A stretch of DNA of 64,000 nucleotides from Podarcis tiliguerta. Lineage: Eukaryota. The position numbers and the translations under genes are program-made. The number at the start of each line of letters is the position of its first letter. Positions within the stretch are counted from its first letter, which is position 1. Shown here piece after piece: positions 38,151-51,800 of the stretch. The DNA is taken from assembly GCA_965153285.1 (NCBI GenBank), contig OZ229110.1; one strand, written 5' to 3'. The notes beneath the pieces are model-generated. The model worked only from the letters and a program-made list of their open reading frames with translations. It had not been told where the DNA came from and ran no database searches.

Positions 38151-40139
38151 AAGAATATCTGACACTAGCTAGTGGTATGCCTTTTGGAACCCAATTTAAT
38201 ATATGGTGCTTCTAAGTCATTATACAATCCAGTTGCTGTCATTCTTTATTTATTTTTAGTTTATTATGTACATATATATTGTACAATTTATTGTGCTCAG
38301 AAATTCTTGTACACAAGCTAGAGAGTAACCTGGCCTGAAGTATAAACAGATCTGTCTGAAGAGACTATGCAATGGGAATAATGTCAGAACTCTGTTCATG
38401 GTGCTGTAAGATCTCCCTTGCTTTCGAGTACCCTAAACTTGTCTGTTTGCTACCTTTCACCTGTGGCTGCTCACTGGATTTTCACCCTCCCAACCTGTCC
38501 ACAGGCTCCGCTTTACAGGGAATGACAGTGGACCTGTTTGCTGATGTAAACTGGTGTGAGGTATATCTTAAATAGGATCTGGCAGTGCTGGCCCATGAGC
38601 ACCAATGCCCATGAAAAGTCTTTATATATATATACTACAATGCATGAGGGGCTATGTGCTCTTCTTGTTAAGTTCCTTCTTGCACTGGCTCAACCTCTCG
38701 TTAATGAATATGCCCCCTTGAACATGCCTACATTTCGCTGAATGCTAACATTGGGTACCTACCTCCCACCTATTCTGAAGAGAGGAAAGAACTTGTCTCT
38801 GTGAGTAGCAGCACCTGATATAGGTGATAGGAGGGAATCATGCCCACATAATTTTGTGGCCCTGTCTCTTTTTCTGTTCATTTTGATGTGGCAGCTAATG
38901 TCTTATATACCATGCTCTCATGGCAGCCATTTTGTGTTATGTCACAGCATGCAGAGCACTGTATCAAAATTCCTGATGTGCCCACTGGCCTGAAATGTTT
39001 GGCAACCCCTGTCTTAAAGTGCTGGTCCCTTCTGTGCTGTCAGCTGAGGCCTTGTCCAAGGCTTCTTAAAGCCCAACTGTAGTTGTAGTTGCTAGATCTA
39101 TGATCAGCCTTACTTCTCATCTTGCTAATCATTTTTGCCTTGTCTTCTGTTACCCCCCCCCAATCCATTGCAAAAATCTCTAATCAATGGTCTGGGCTTG
39201 TGGCTATGGTGGCATTTCCATTTCCATATACAAGTATGGACTGTGGTCATCCTTATCAAACAGAAACAAATGTTAATTTTGGTGCCATTGATTGCATCAG
39301 CATTGGTAGGTGAAAGGTATGGCACAAAATAGAAATGTGATATGACCAAATTCCTAAAATGGAGGAGAAAATAGGGATTGAAGAAGCAACAAAGATGGAA
39401 GTCGAAAGTGGAGGCAGGGAGTAAGTTAGTAAGTTGCAAGTGAAGTAAACAGGATTGAAACATCAATTAAAATAAAGTATGAGGCGCAATCTCCTCCCTG
39501 CTGTCTCTCCCTCCCATGATGTTTCTTCCTTGCACTGAATCAATCCTCCTCAGTAGATCACTGGACCAAGGCAGGCCAGCATGGCTCGTTACCCAGATGC
39601 TACCTAATTACACTTGCATGTTTCTGAAAGATACCTTACTAAGGATAGACAGTGAAGGCTCTCCTATCACCTCTCTGGTACCTGAGAAGATGGATTAATG
39701 AGGCCTGAAAAACTCCCCTACAGATGGACTTTGATTCTCCTATTTTTTTAGTGATTGGGGGTGGGAGGACAGAAGTTGGTCACAGAGCTTGCTTCTGTGT
39801 CTAGGATAGGATGTGCAGCTTATTTCTTGCTTTCACACAGCTACAGCTGGCTCAATCTGAATTAACAGTTGCATTTCCCCTAGACTCCTCTAGATCTGTG
39901 AAAAGTCAGTTCCTACCGTGGCAGCCAGAAAGTGTAATCTGTAATGTTTAGTCATTTTGTTTGATGAAAGACTGAAACTGCAGCCTGTTTTTACTGCCCT
40001 TTTCCACAGATGTTTCAAAGCTGCTGCCCCAACTACTTCCATTTTGGTAGTTTCCCATGTCTTTTGCACAGGAATGGAAAGGGAAACCTGCCTAAAAATT
40101 AAAGCCCAACTGGCTGGAAGTTTCAGGCTATTTCTCAAA

Positions 40140-40462
40140 TCCCAACAGATGTTTTTCTGTTTTCTACCTGAAAGTTAAATTCTATTAAATTCCGATTTTA
40201 TAACGAAGTTCTTGGAGGGGGGGTGAGAGAGAGGGGACGGGGGAAGAAGTGTTGCTTTCCCCCCTTTTGGGGTCAAAATTGTTGAGCTTTTTTGGGGGGG
40301 ACATTTTGGTGCTTTGGGGGCTTTTCTTTGATTTCGGCTTTTCTTGACATACATCCGGGTTTCCCCAGACATTTTGCTGATTCAGTAAAAATCTGCCCAG
40401 ACAACATTTTTCTAAGTGATTGCTGGATGTGTCTGGGGAAACCCAGATGTATGGCAGCCCTA
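40140..40462. mobile_element. Partial non-autonomous DNA element with an internal 24-bp inverted repeat
   Basis: CATACATCCGGGTTTCCCCAGACA (40348-40371) against TGTCTGGGGAAACCCAGATGTATG (40430-40453), 1 mismatch. Right terminus GGCAGCCCTA. Left boundary uncertain. Confidence 0.6.
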
Positions 40463-42379
40463 TGAGAGAGAGATCAGTTGAGTGACACCACGCTAAAACA
40501 AAAAGTAAAGAGCCTTGTGCCTCTGCTCTATTCAACTGGCACAAAATCTTTCCAAGAAATACTGAGACATGAGACATGAAATACTATAAGAAAGATACTA
40601 AGGGGCTGATCAATAGAGTTGATCTCAGCTCTGTATATTTTGATCCTGTTGAGCTCAGAGAACAATCCTCCTATCAACTTCATGGTGTGAAGCGCAAAAC
40701 CTAGCAGTAGTGGGCTAAACTCAAAGCTTCAGAGGAGTTTCCCATGTTGGGAACCTGGAAGTGTCAATCGCTGGCCAAGGTTAGTGCTTATCAAGTGGTT
40801 TAGCTTTGGGATGCCAATCTCCCTCTTCTGCAGAAATTCATAATGCCTGAACCAAACGTTACTTCATCTCCTTACTGATATTTGCTCCTGAAAAAAATCC
40901 GGTGATCCACAGTGAATTCCCTCCCAGTACCTAAATGGCAGCATACTTCTGTCAAGCACACTTCTCTGCTTTCACTCACATTGTCAGTCATAATGTTTCG
41001 TTGCCATATTGCAAAAAAATAGGGTGCACATTGTCAGGAATAACAAATAGGAGAGAGAGTGGGGTTACAGCAGGTGTGAAGATGAAATGACAGAGGTCTC
41101 TAGATTTCTTTGGCATGAGGGCACTTTTGGAAATCTAAGAAACTGTTGTGGATACTGCAAAATGCCCATTTCACAGCGGAAAATCTGGAGATACTCAGAA
41201 GCTCCCCCCCCCCCCCCCGGAACATGCAAAACACCTTTATACTTCAAAACAAATTAAAAGCAAGAACTCCCTTCCCAGTGTCTAAGGACACTGTCATACC
41301 CACAAATGCCACACAGAAGTTCCCAGACCTATAAAGATGCCTGAAGATTAAATAAATCCCTCCTCCACCAGGTGAGGTTTACTGTTGCAGAAGCTGAAAA
41401 TATTCTATTTTGGCCACAGTAACTGTCCTGATCCTCAACAGCTACCAACCTTCTTCCCATCCTGGTTGGAATTCTTTACGGGAGGCAAGTGTGAAGGACT
41501 GTTATAGATTCTCAGATACTAGCATATGAGAACTTTGATACTATCAGTTTGGCTTTTATGTGAGGCTGTTTTGGCCTAATTCCGATTGTGTCTCTGAAGC
41601 TCTCATCTTCCTCTTAGCCAAGTAGTGTGAATCGAAGATTGAGTTACCCTGTGATTCTGTTTTCGGTGATGTGAGGAGGGGAGGCTTGGCATAAGAGTGT
41701 CCCTGCCTTGGAGTAAGGCCGTGGTGAATTAACTGAAGGGCCCTTGATCCTTCTAGCTCTATTAATCTATTGCCTTTGTCTAAGCCAGAGTGTGAATTTT
41801 GGCATCCAAGCAGAATTCCAGCAGAGCTCCCAAACACTGGCTTGGATGCAACTGTAATTATAGTGGCTTCAGCTTAAAAGCAATTTATTGCAAAATTTCT
41901 CCAGAACAGCCCTCTGATACCATGTCAGCATTGAAGAGCCGATGGTTAAAATTACCTCATTAAAGAGTGGAGTAGTTCTATCCTCTTCTATTTAGATTTA
42001 AAGGAATTCAGCCCCTCCTTATGTGCAATTAGAAACTGACAGCGTATATTTTGGGTATCACTTGATCCCAGGCTGTAATCTTATGGGCAATAATTTGAGA
42101 TAACAGTTGCTCTAAATAAATAAACATTGACTCAATGAGAGGACAGAAGTAGTTAACAGTAATTATTGCTTTCCATAAACTAGCTTCTTCTCATGCCTAT
42201 GGTAACTTTAGGTAAGAAAACAGGAGGAAATGTATCCCAAAGAAGGACAGAGGGTGAACAAAAATGTACTATGGATCCAGAATATTTCTTCTCCAAATTA
42301 TATTCCACTGACAATATTGCAAGTAATATTATTTAGCGTTTGCATCAAATTTTAATATTCTTTCTGCAAAGTTCTTATA

Positions 42380-42452
42380 AGGATTAATCAATTAATCCTC
42401 CTAGAATCCCTGTGAGGCAGGTAAGTAAATATTATTATCCTTATTTTACAGC
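42380..42452 (-). mobile_element. MIR/CORE SINE fragment
   Basis: AATCCTC..AATCCCTGTGAGGCAGG..ATTATTATCCTTATTTTACAG is the reverse MIR core. Confidence 0.55.
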
Positions 42453-42867
42453 ATGAGAGTCTTTAAATCATTAAGTACTGAAATTCTGCTCCTTGTTAGC
42501 ACAAATCTGGAGTGACCAAATTTTCAGAAAGTGTTCCCTGTAGCGAAAGAAGGCTTATTTCAGCCATCTGTAACTTGTCCTACTACTTAACATCCTTGCC
42601 TTTGCTGTTTGGTAATTGTACATAAGCTTCTGTAAAACAGCTTGTTTCTAGAGACAGTCGTGTAACTACCACATGGCTATCAGGCAGCTGTTCTGGGCCA
42701 ATCAAGTAAGAAGTTACCTAGATAGTCAATGTAAAATTTGTTTTTGTGAAACTCCAGTTGGCCTTGGTGCAGATGGGACACCTGGTCAATTGGGGGGGGG
42801 AGAGTAAAATCTATATGCTTATTGGTATGATTGATAAGTGATTAGCTAGGAATAAAATGCGGTTGTT

Positions 42868-43226
42868 GGGTTGATTCCAGGCTGTGTTAGTTCGATTTAG
42901 TTCTGATTTAAATTAGTGTGCCTGGTTCCATGATCAAAAGTCAGTGCAAGGACTCATGCTAATGCTATGGGTCTTTCCCCATTTCCTCCCCCCACCCACC
43001 TCTGCCAAATCCATTCTGGAGGGTCAAGAGAACTCCCAGAACAGCACATGGGGGGGGGAGGGGAGGGGAGATCATTCTATTAGGCAAGCAGAAATGCTTT
43101 TTGCTGATACAATGATCTCCTTAATGATCTCCTTTGAATTCCACTCAGTGAGCCTAAAGTCATGGCTAACTTGCTTTATTTATTCAATGGGACTTAAGTT
43201 CAGCTGATGTAGTCTGGATCCAACCC
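42868..43226. mobile_element. Non-autonomous DNA-transposon-like element
   Basis: Termini GGGTTGATTCCAGGCT / AGTCTGGATCCAACCC are inverted. Internal C-rich and G-rich inverted tracts. Confidence 0.55.
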
Positions 43227-43337
43227 ATTGTTTGATTGCAATTCAGCTTTGAAAATTTAGCTCCAAGGTGTAGGATTAGATTCAATGACCTCCTAACAAG
43301 GGGAAGGCTGGAATGTGTTTCATCACATTTTTTAGGG

Positions 43338-43449
43338 CAGGTGAGGTTCACCTCTGGCTCTCAAATCTTTTTGGACTCGCATCATCCCTTACAATGCTGA
43401 CTGGGGCTGATGGGAATTGAATTCCAAAAACACAGGTTAGCCATTCCTG
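43338..43449. mobile_element. Old palindromic hAT-like MITE
   Basis: CAGG...CCTG termini with TSD TTTTAGGG/ATTTAGGG. Internal CATCATCCC...GGGGCTGATGGGAATTG is similar to 33157-33292. Confidence 0.7.
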
Positions 43450-44883
43450 ATTTAGGGAGTAAATATAATAAAATATATGATTCTAAGCACACTTACTTCA
43501 AGGCAAACCCATGAGTAAATGTGCAGAAGAGCAGGCTTCTAGTCTCTTGGATACGCACTCTCCAAACAGTGGCCTATTTCTCTTTAAATGTCTCTGTATT
43601 GGGAAGTTTACTTAGCCTCTGTAGAATTCATCAGTGAAGCATTAGAATATGCAGCACAGAGAAGCTTCTTCCTGCTATTCTTGTACTCATGTCAGTCTTT
43701 TCTTTGTATCATCTTGGGGTTTCTTGCTTTCTTTTGGCAGAAAAGAGCAGTGAGCTTTCATCAGTTTTCAGTTCATGGCTTTTAATTATAAATGAAAAGA
43801 CAGTGTTAGCTCCCCTCCCTGTGCCCCGCTTTTCTTCCCTGGCCTGAAATTAGAGGGCTCCTAGTGAAGCTTAGTGGTTGAGATCAAAGGAAAGTTGTGG
43901 AATAGTCTAATGTTGGCATAGCAGGATCTGTGGCATTCTGTCTCCCAGCCACTGGATATCTATGCAGCAGAGCTCCTGGGTATGTGGGGGATGAAATGAA
44001 AAACAACTTGTAAACACAAGAAAGAAAGAGAGAGCATCAGGAAGGTGATTTTGGTATGGCTGTATAACAATACACTCTTACTTAATATTTACTTTATTTC
44101 CCAAACAATCGGCATTTAATAATGTTATTCATTTGTAAACTAGGAACAGCTTTCATGGGTTTCCCAAGCCTTCTCCTACTAGATTTTTACAATCTCAACA
44201 GTATTAGCTGCTCTTAGTCCTTTCCTTGAACCCTTGTGTTTGGATGCCTTATCTTAAAAAAGAGGCAGCGGCTGTTGAGTCGCTACCGTAGTGTGCTTAT
44301 CATGAGTTAGCATACCTACCAGTAGCATCTCTGTATGGTTACAGCAGCGGAAACTTCAGAACTAGTGTTTTCAGTTCCCAGACCATGTGGAATGGAAATC
44401 TAGTCAAGTGAATTGCCTTTAGAATGATTCCTCAACAGAAAACATGCATTGCGTGGGTAGGCACTTCAGGGCAAGGTGTACCTGTTCCAGCTAAAAAGAA
44501 GAAATTAGTTACAAAACAAACTATAATTGTTCTTCATTGTAATTCCCCCCCACTGTTCATGTGCTTTTACAGTGTGATTTATAGGATTTGTACTGTGTGT
44601 GTGTGTGGTAGGTGGGGAACTTTGAGATAACATGAAAGGTGCTTTATCAGAGAGAACTAGATCAAAGACCTTGTGTTCTGTTACTAATTTTCTTACAAAA
44701 TATAAACTTCTCATTCTTTATATTGGCTTTGATGAGGAGCTGGAATTGTTGAACAGATTTGCAAGACTGACAGAGGCAAAGACTGAGAGTCCCCTTCTCT
44801 TTGTAGGCCAGGGCTGCGTGTTAAGCCGAGCTTGTGTGCAAGCAAGCCATTGCAGGGGTGAATAATTTTTATCCGCCTAAGGG

Positions 44884-44914
44884 ACACACACACACACACA
44901 CAGACACACACACA
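44884..44914. repeat. (AC)n microsatellite, interrupted
   Basis: Direct reading of the sequence. Confidence 0.9.
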
Positions 44915-45482
44915 GAGTGAGGCAGCAGCAAAGCAGATCTGTGCTTGAGTACCAGAGGGATGTTTGATTAGCTCCATCCGTACACCACAGCCCCTCTCTT
45001 GGCTCGCTGCCCCCTCTCAATATCCTGCTAAGTGGCAGCAGTACTGCATCTGGGAGGCTATTGCTGTGGCTTCACTCCACCAGGGAAGTCACCCCATTGT
45101 GACCTGGAAGGAAGGTATGTGTACTGGAGAGAGGGCATGGCTTTGATAGAGTCCTGAGGGCCAAATAGAGAAGGTTGGAAGGCTGCATTTTGGCACCAGG
45201 GCCTGAGCTTTCCACTTATGAGTGTATAATCTCTACAAGGCTTTTAGCTTTGTGTGAAAATTCCACCCATTCAGTGGACCAATGGGGCATTTATCCTGTT
45301 TACTGGCTATGTTCAAGGGGTGGTACATTGCCAAGTGCTCCCACAAATACCATAATTAGAAAAGTAAGAGTAAAATGCACGGGGCAGTTGGAGGCAAATG
45401 GAGGAAGGGGTGGTCTTGGAAGGCATGCAGAGGAAGGAAAGGGAGGAGATAAACCATAAAAAATTCTATTCATAAGAATGAC

Positions 45483-45525
<43 letters not shown>

Positions 45526-45645
45526 ATTAAAATTGTTTACTGCCCTTCATCCAAAGATCACAAGGTGGTTCACAACATAAAAATACAAACTGAGAAAACC
45601 AAAGACATAATAAAACAAAAACAAACCAACAACCCACCTCCTAAT
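45483..45645 (-). mobile_element. LINE 3' end with (TAA)14 tail
   Basis: (TTA)14 at 45483-45524 followed by sequence homologous to 13170-13270. Confidence 0.7.
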
Positions 45646-46149
45646 ACAACCTATCAGTATTCAGTTTGGTGTTGGGAATCTCCCTGGTACGGTATACAAA
45701 CTGGGCAAAGTTAAGAAAAATTGTATTGAAAATGGCTGAGCTGTAACAGCTTACACACTTTAGCTGCAGAAGCAAGGAGAAGTTATGTTTTCAACCATCT
45801 TTGCCAGGAAAAATTGTTGTCAAGATTTGAAAGAATTTCATAAATTCAAGAATGCCACAGGGATATCACATTCATTGGTTTGGTTAGCTAAAATCTTTTG
45901 TGATAAAATCTGCTATATACATGTACAGACTTACTGGACAAAGGAAATTCTAGATAGGACGCAATCTCGAGTTGCTAAACTTCAATGGTCATGTACTACT
46001 GCACTCTAGACCTTTCATTCTGTAGGATGTATTATTACAATGACTCCCTATGTAAGTGAAGAGTATGGGCATCTTATGCAATGCAGATGGCTTCTAGTCA
46101 CTGAAATCATAGTAGTGGTGGGACTGAGAGAGCTGGCAGCAGTGTTAAG

Positions 46150-46736
46150 TGTCATGACACCAAAATCCAGCAATGGTCTGGATTCAGACAGAGTGTTAGG
46201 GGAGGGGCTGTTTCAGGAGGCAGGAAGCCTCAGCCCCACCACTGAACCAGAAACCCCTAAGCTTGAGTTGCCCTACAGCCTGGATCCCCATAGACTGCAA
46301 CCCCTAAGTCCACTTGGCTAGCATATACACCTCTAAATGCATCATACTCCATCAAACTGAAGCATCAGAGATAGCTTTGCGCTTGCCATGTGCTCATGAA
46401 GAGATGATGGTGTCCTAGGCTTGAGCCAGAGGGTTGCCTTTAAGGCTCTACACTCTTCAGCAGGGGTGTAAAGACTTAGAGATTTAGTCAGGCTCAGGGA
46501 GCATAAAAGGGCTTAGTTGAGTCTGAGCTTTCTTTTTACAAATAATCTGCTCACTCAGATCTGTCCAAGGTCCTGAACAACCTCCCACAAGTCCCCCTTG
46601 TTCTCCGGAATCCTAATTAGACTTTTGAACCATGATTGTCTGTTTCCTGTCTGTCCTCTTTCCCTGTCCCAGTTTGCTTCCTAGATCTGCAACCCCTCTG
46701 ACCTACCTATGGGCTCTGCTTTATTAGGACTGGACA
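46150..46736. mobile_element. Probable solo LTR (Gypsy-like)
   Basis: Starts TGTCATGAC and ends GACTGGACA (TG...CA). 587 bp, GC-richer than the flanks. 5-bp flanks TTAAG/GTAAG. TATA-like CATAAAAGG at about 46502. Confidence 0.6.
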
Positions 46737-48979
46737 GTAAGGGATTGCCGGACAAAACCACAAAAAAATCAGTGGATCATAGAATCCAGATGTCTGTTGC
46801 TGTCAGTATGAACAATATAGTAAATCTTCAGGCAGAAATGCAAAACAGCAACAAGTGTAGTAAATATCCAGGTGGACTTTCAGTGAACATAGCTGTCTGA
46901 ATCACTCACTTCATACAGTTTTAATTAATTACTATGTGATGGAGGATTGCTTGAGTGAGTCAGTGTAAGAATGTTCTTTGCAGAAATTAGTATTTTACAC
47001 TACAGTGTGAGGTGAATGACCAGGCAAAAATTCAACAGTTCCAATTTTTCTAGTCAGTTGTTGTGTACATATATCCTGATTCTATTCGATAGTTAGGAAT
47101 TACATGCAGGCTGATACTTATATTGGAGATGTGATCCAGCACCAAAACAAAAAGACAAAGAAAAGAGGAACATTCTAATTCTTTTTAAAAAATGCTTAAA
47201 TTTTAAAGAAGAGATAAGGCTCTGATATATTCGCTCATCCCTCAAGAAGTATGGAAAAAAAGAAATTAAGCTTTTTTAGGGGCACGAGCAAATTGCTTAA
47301 TCCAAAGTATATTTTGTTGGAGGGCAGAAGAGAGAGAACAATAAGCTATTCTACAGGGCATCAAAATGCCTGGAATTATCTCTCTTTCTAAGCAGCTGCT
47401 TTACAGGCTGATCCAATGTGCATGATCTGATTTTGGGGCAAAAGCACAACTGACAGTTCCTGTGTCACCACAAACCTCCAACACTGCCTTTTCAGGCAGT
47501 ATGAAATCTTTGACTGTTCTGCAGAGTGCCACTTTAAAGGCTTTTCAGGCACTAGTGTCTAAGGAAAGCTGACCCAACCCTTCATCAGTCTTCAACTTGT
47601 AAGGGCTCTGGGGTGGGAAATTGCCCAGTTGGGGGTTGATCAGAACTAGCAAGCTCTGTGTTGCTAGCTTGGAATGAATGCAAACCCAGACATTGCTTGC
47701 ACAGCTGCAGTTAAGCAGATCTTTGGTAGTAAGTAAGAAATATCCTCTCCCCCCCCCCCAATGTTTGGTTTGTCTGTCTGTTTTGCTTCTCTGACAAATT
47801 GATGGTTAATGAGAATATTCTTTTTATAATGTTTTTTTAAAAATATATAATAGTACAGTGACACTCCCTAAGTCAGGCTGCTTTTCTTTGATGCCCTTAG
47901 ACACTTGTGTATACAAGATGACTGTTTCATAGTGTTGTGATGCTCCAGGAACCTAGTGTGCCTTTTGGGGATATACGTGCGGGGAGACAAGAGAGTTGTA
48001 ACTTTACATATATATATTTTTAAGAGGAGCCCAAGAAAGAACTATCCATCTTGATTTGTGAGCAGCTAAGTTTAAATTCTGATTCTGTGACTTAAGGGAA
48101 CAGCAATCCAATTGAGTAGTTCAGGAAGGAAGGTAGTAATATAGATTGGTGCTTTGTAACCTTCAACACTTTCTCCATATCCTGGTTTCTGAATAATGTT
48201 GCTGTGCTAGATAGTTCTGTTGAAATAATCCACAAAACATTTGGAAGCTTCAAGGGGTAAACATTGGAAGTCAAGGCAGTGCTTTGCTTCAGGAGCTATG
48301 AATGATAGGCGATTTTGCTCATAGAATGATGTGAACCTTTCAAAACTGAGATAAAGGAGAACTTGAATGTAAAAAGGGACCCTTTCCAGACATTTAAATC
48401 ATTCAGGTAGCAGGTAGCCTTTTAGTGTCCAACCTTCATTTGAGGCACAACAGCATCTGGTGTGAAGTAAGATTGTAGTGCTTAGAAGAGGTGCTACTGG
48501 TGACATGAGGAGGTAGAATTCAGATACAGGAATGAAACTTATCTGTCATCCCTAAAGTTGGTTGCTGTATGCATTGGGCAGGCTTTTAAAGAATGCTTCA
48601 TTGAACTCAGTGGGACTTATTGTCAAATAAAGATGCATAGGATCAACTGTAAGACGTTTTGGGTTTTAGTATGGTATTTTAACATTGTTACTTGCTGCAA
48701 GTTTTTGGAATAAGTCAATAAAAATATTTAAATTCAAATAATTTAAACAATCTAGTCTTCTAGTTGATCTAGCAGCAGATCAGGAGGGAATGGAAAGAGA
48801 CTAACCTTTTTTTTAGCCCACTACTGATTAAGCCTTGAGAAATTCCAAGAATGATGCTTGGAGATGTCTGTTCTGCAGGACCTGTTTTAAATGTGTTTGC
48901 TATTCACATCTGTAAAAAAGAGGGACCAACAGCATGAAAAGTATATATAAATATCCAAGATGGTTGAGTAAAATGCTAG

Positions 48980-49144
<165 letters not shown>

Positions 49145-51297
49145 TAATGGGAGATCTGGAAAAAAGAGGGAGAAAACTTTTTGGCTCAGTGGTTTCTCTT
49201 CCATGCAAAATTAATATCTTTAATTATGTTTAACAAACATCCCTGTCAGTGCTAGGGTTGTGTTTTGCATAATACTATTAATTCAGGACTGGGGGTGGGG
49301 AGACTGGTATTAAAGAGGGGTCTGTGTGCATGTGCTTTAATTAAGAACAAAAATTAATGTCCAGTAGTGGCAAAGTAATTTAATGTAATACAGTTAATGT
49401 CGAGGTTGGGTTGATCTAAGTTACACCACAAGAATGGGGCTGTTCTAGTTGCATTATTCTGACAGATGTGAGCATCTGGTCCTGGGCTGCGATTATTTCT
49501 GTGGAGAACCTTTGTTCTTTGAAGTTGGAATTTCCCTCATTATAGATGGCTGAGTCTTCTGGGCTCACTATTGGCATAGGAATGCTCTGAAACTAGATTT
49601 TGCATCAGTGAGAGACCTGTTCAGAAAGGCTGTTTCATTCCCTGTTTCTAACAATATTAAGAGTGTATATCAGGGATGGCTGGAAGATAAATTTAATAGA
49701 ATTATTGTTAATGGAATACTTTTGGTGATACCACTAGTCTGTCTTTGCCAGAATATGTGCTTCTTTTCTGTTTGTTCTTTTAAAATTTAAATTCTTCATC
49801 CCTAACAAACTTCTGTTAGAAAGAAAAGATGAACTATTCTACTTCTAGATGAATTTAGGAACAATTTGGTTATTGCATGGGTTTTAAGAAATATCCTTTC
49901 CTTTATAATTGTCTTTATAAGCATGTTGCATCCTTACAGCCCCTGATGTCCAGTCCAGGCAGCAGATTAGTGGAGAGTTTTTGTCTTTCCCAAATGTCAA
50001 CTTACTCATGGAGTCCAATATTTTATGTTCACTGATACACTAGTGAAAATATGTAAACCATTAATTTACATATTAATAAATATATTAAACTCTTGTTAGG
50101 AACCCTATTTACAGGCAAAATGACTGAGGCAAGTGCCCAGTGTAAGTTGATTTTCATTGCATTTGGTTGTCTCTGACTGTATTTACCTCTTTTTTTTTCT
50201 CACTCTCCTACCCAGTTTAGTTCAGTTTATTTTTTGCGGCTAAAGCTTTTTTATTTTGTATATTCAGGGAACTGGCCCCTTTTTTCTGCAGCTGCTCTTC
50301 ATTTGAGCAGTGCAGAATTGAGAGGCATTTGGTAAAGTGCTTTCTAATCATAACGTAATACTATCAATATTTCTAGAGAGAATAATTCAGAATTGAAGCA
50401 GCTGGTCTCAATTAACAGAACTGCTGCTGTGGAGATGATACATGGGCAGGCATGGTGGAGAATGAAACTGCAATAAATGTGTCATTTGAGTCTGCATTGC
50501 CCTATCTAAGGGACTGGGTTGTGGGTGGATTGCTAAGTGTAGGCATATGGATTATTCTCTGAGTGTCCACTTGGGCTTCCTAGCCTGCTAAATTCACATT
50601 TTTCACAGCTCTTGCTTTCAAGATGATTCTGTAACATTATTTCCAAGCAGCCTTTATTACTGGTGTCGAGCAGTTGACTAAAGGTATGACTCTGAGGCCT
50701 TTGTAATGCACTGGGAGAGTTATACCCTTGCCAGGCATAAATTATCATTGCTAGAATAAGTGTGTAAATTTGTTCAGAATTGTTTCTCTGGCACTGCACT
50801 TCTGTAGAAGAGAAAGTCATGCAAGCCTGCTGTGCCTGTTAAAGTATATCTTTTCTTAGTACGCTTACAATTTGCAGCCAGTACCATGGGCTGTTGCTAC
50901 TGCTGCTGAAAGCAGTTCAGGTCAAGGTTGAAAGTGAAACAGCCTGAGGTTCTACATGTCCTGAAGTGCAAGAAAAGAAGAGCTGTACAATGTACACTGT
51001 TAACAAAATGTTGTGGGCAATCTCTCACATCATGGTTTCTCAAATATTGTACTTAAGAGGACAACTTTTCAGGTTATCCCAAGTAAAATATGTCCTCAGT
51101 TCATGCTTCCATTGAACTGAGCAAAGTGGGGACTCATATGTCTTGCCTCTGGTCAAATGGGCAAGTTTTACATGCATTTAGAACCTCTTGATCTCTCCAC
51201 AAGGGTGATGAAGTGGTTCCCTATTAAGATGTTATGCTGAAAGTACAGTATAAACGGAGGTGGAAACTTTCTAAAAAGGATCTTTACAGAAAAACAA

Positions 51298-51800
51298 AAG
51301 AGGACTTCTGCTGGATCAGACTAAAGGTCCAGCTGGTCCAGTAATCTGTTGCTAACACTGACCTACCAGATTCTTCTTCTGGAAAGCCTAGTAGCAGGGC
51401 GCAAAGGTATCAAAAGGTTGCACTATATTTTTGGTGTCAGGTTAAAACTTTCTTCTGCTTCTGGCCATTTGATGGCATGTAATGGTCTGGGGTATTTTTT
51501 ACTTATTATTTTTCTGTTTGTTTATGGTTAATTTTATATTCTGCCCGTTTTTCTTTTAACTTTTTATGTTGTGTATTGCTATTTTATTGTTTAAACTCTT
51601 AAATTTTATAGTTCTGTAAGTTGCATTGGGTCTTTTTTATTTTATAAAGGCAACTAAGAAATGTGATGAATAGTACTACTAGTTTTGTCTCTAGTGTCTG
51701 GTTTTCAGAGCTACCCTGCCACTGAACATGAGGATTTCATTTCTCCATCATGGCTTAGTCGGCAGTGATAGGACCATCCCTGTTTGTCTGATTCCTTTTG
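51298..51800 (-). mobile_element. Old CR1-like 3' UTR interrupted by a T-rich LINE tail (about 51420-51680)
   Basis: CTGCTGGATCAGACTAAAGGTCCAGCTGGTCCAG...CCATCATGGCT...TGATAG resembles a reversed squamate CR1 3' end, from recall. Confidence 0.55.
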
